Source: Perkinsus chesapeaki ATCC PRA-425
Taxonomy: Eukaryota > Protista > Perkinsozoa
Assembly (NCBI GenBank): GCA_013115145.1
Contig: JAAPAO010000135.1
Location: 1-64,000, forward strand
Length of the DNA: 64,000 nt
Direction: 5' to 3'
The notes under the pieces are model-generated. The model did not search any database. It saw only the letters and a program-made list of their open reading frames with translations, and had not been told where the DNA came from. The translations under genes and the position numbers were made by a program. Position 1 is the stretch's first letter, and each line of letters begins with the position of its first letter. Below are positions 63,785 to 64,000 of the stretch, one piece after another.

Positions 63785-64000
63785 CACCGAAAAAATTTAA
63801 AATAGCAATGACTGTTCGATGAAGTAGCGCGCGCCGGACTTACACCGTGGGAGCGCGCGCCCTAAAACAAATCGGGCTGTTCAATAGACCCGGCTAAGTT
63901 CGAACCCAGTAACGCTTTTCAAAACAGCTTTTAAAAAGCGATCTCCGTATTGCGTTCAATAGATGTGCGGCCGAGATTCATAGTTCTTCTTAAGAACTTC

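Overview
Eukaryotic nuclear DNA with dense genes and many short GT-AG introns. It is most likely from a Perkinsus-type alveolate; this is inferred from the gene architecture and the lineage-specific secreted families, not proven. Recognisable genes: a GCIP/CCNDBP1-like protein, a TBC Rab-GAP, a CDK9/12-type kinase, a SOS1/NhaP-type Na+/H+ antiporter, a METTL21-type methyltransferase, a MORN-repeat (RSPH10B-like) protein, a receiver-domain plus degenerate class III cyclase fusion, the splicing factor SYF1/XAB2, a FAM13-like protein and a ChaC gamma-glutamylcyclotransferase. There are also several secreted orphan families, a frameshifted CCHH-type (CMC/Transib/RAG1-related) DDE transposase, three tandem repeats and one 96-N gap. 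The most striking unexplained signal is seven tRNA-3'-end-like sequences (B-box/T-loop, 12 nt, discriminator-like base, T-run), all on the minus strand. They lie in introns or just after a stop codon. Two of them make up almost an entire short intron, with the Pol III terminator-like T-run supplying the pyrimidine tract of the 3' splice site. Exon structures were parsed by eye, and starts of multi-exon genes are often approximate.
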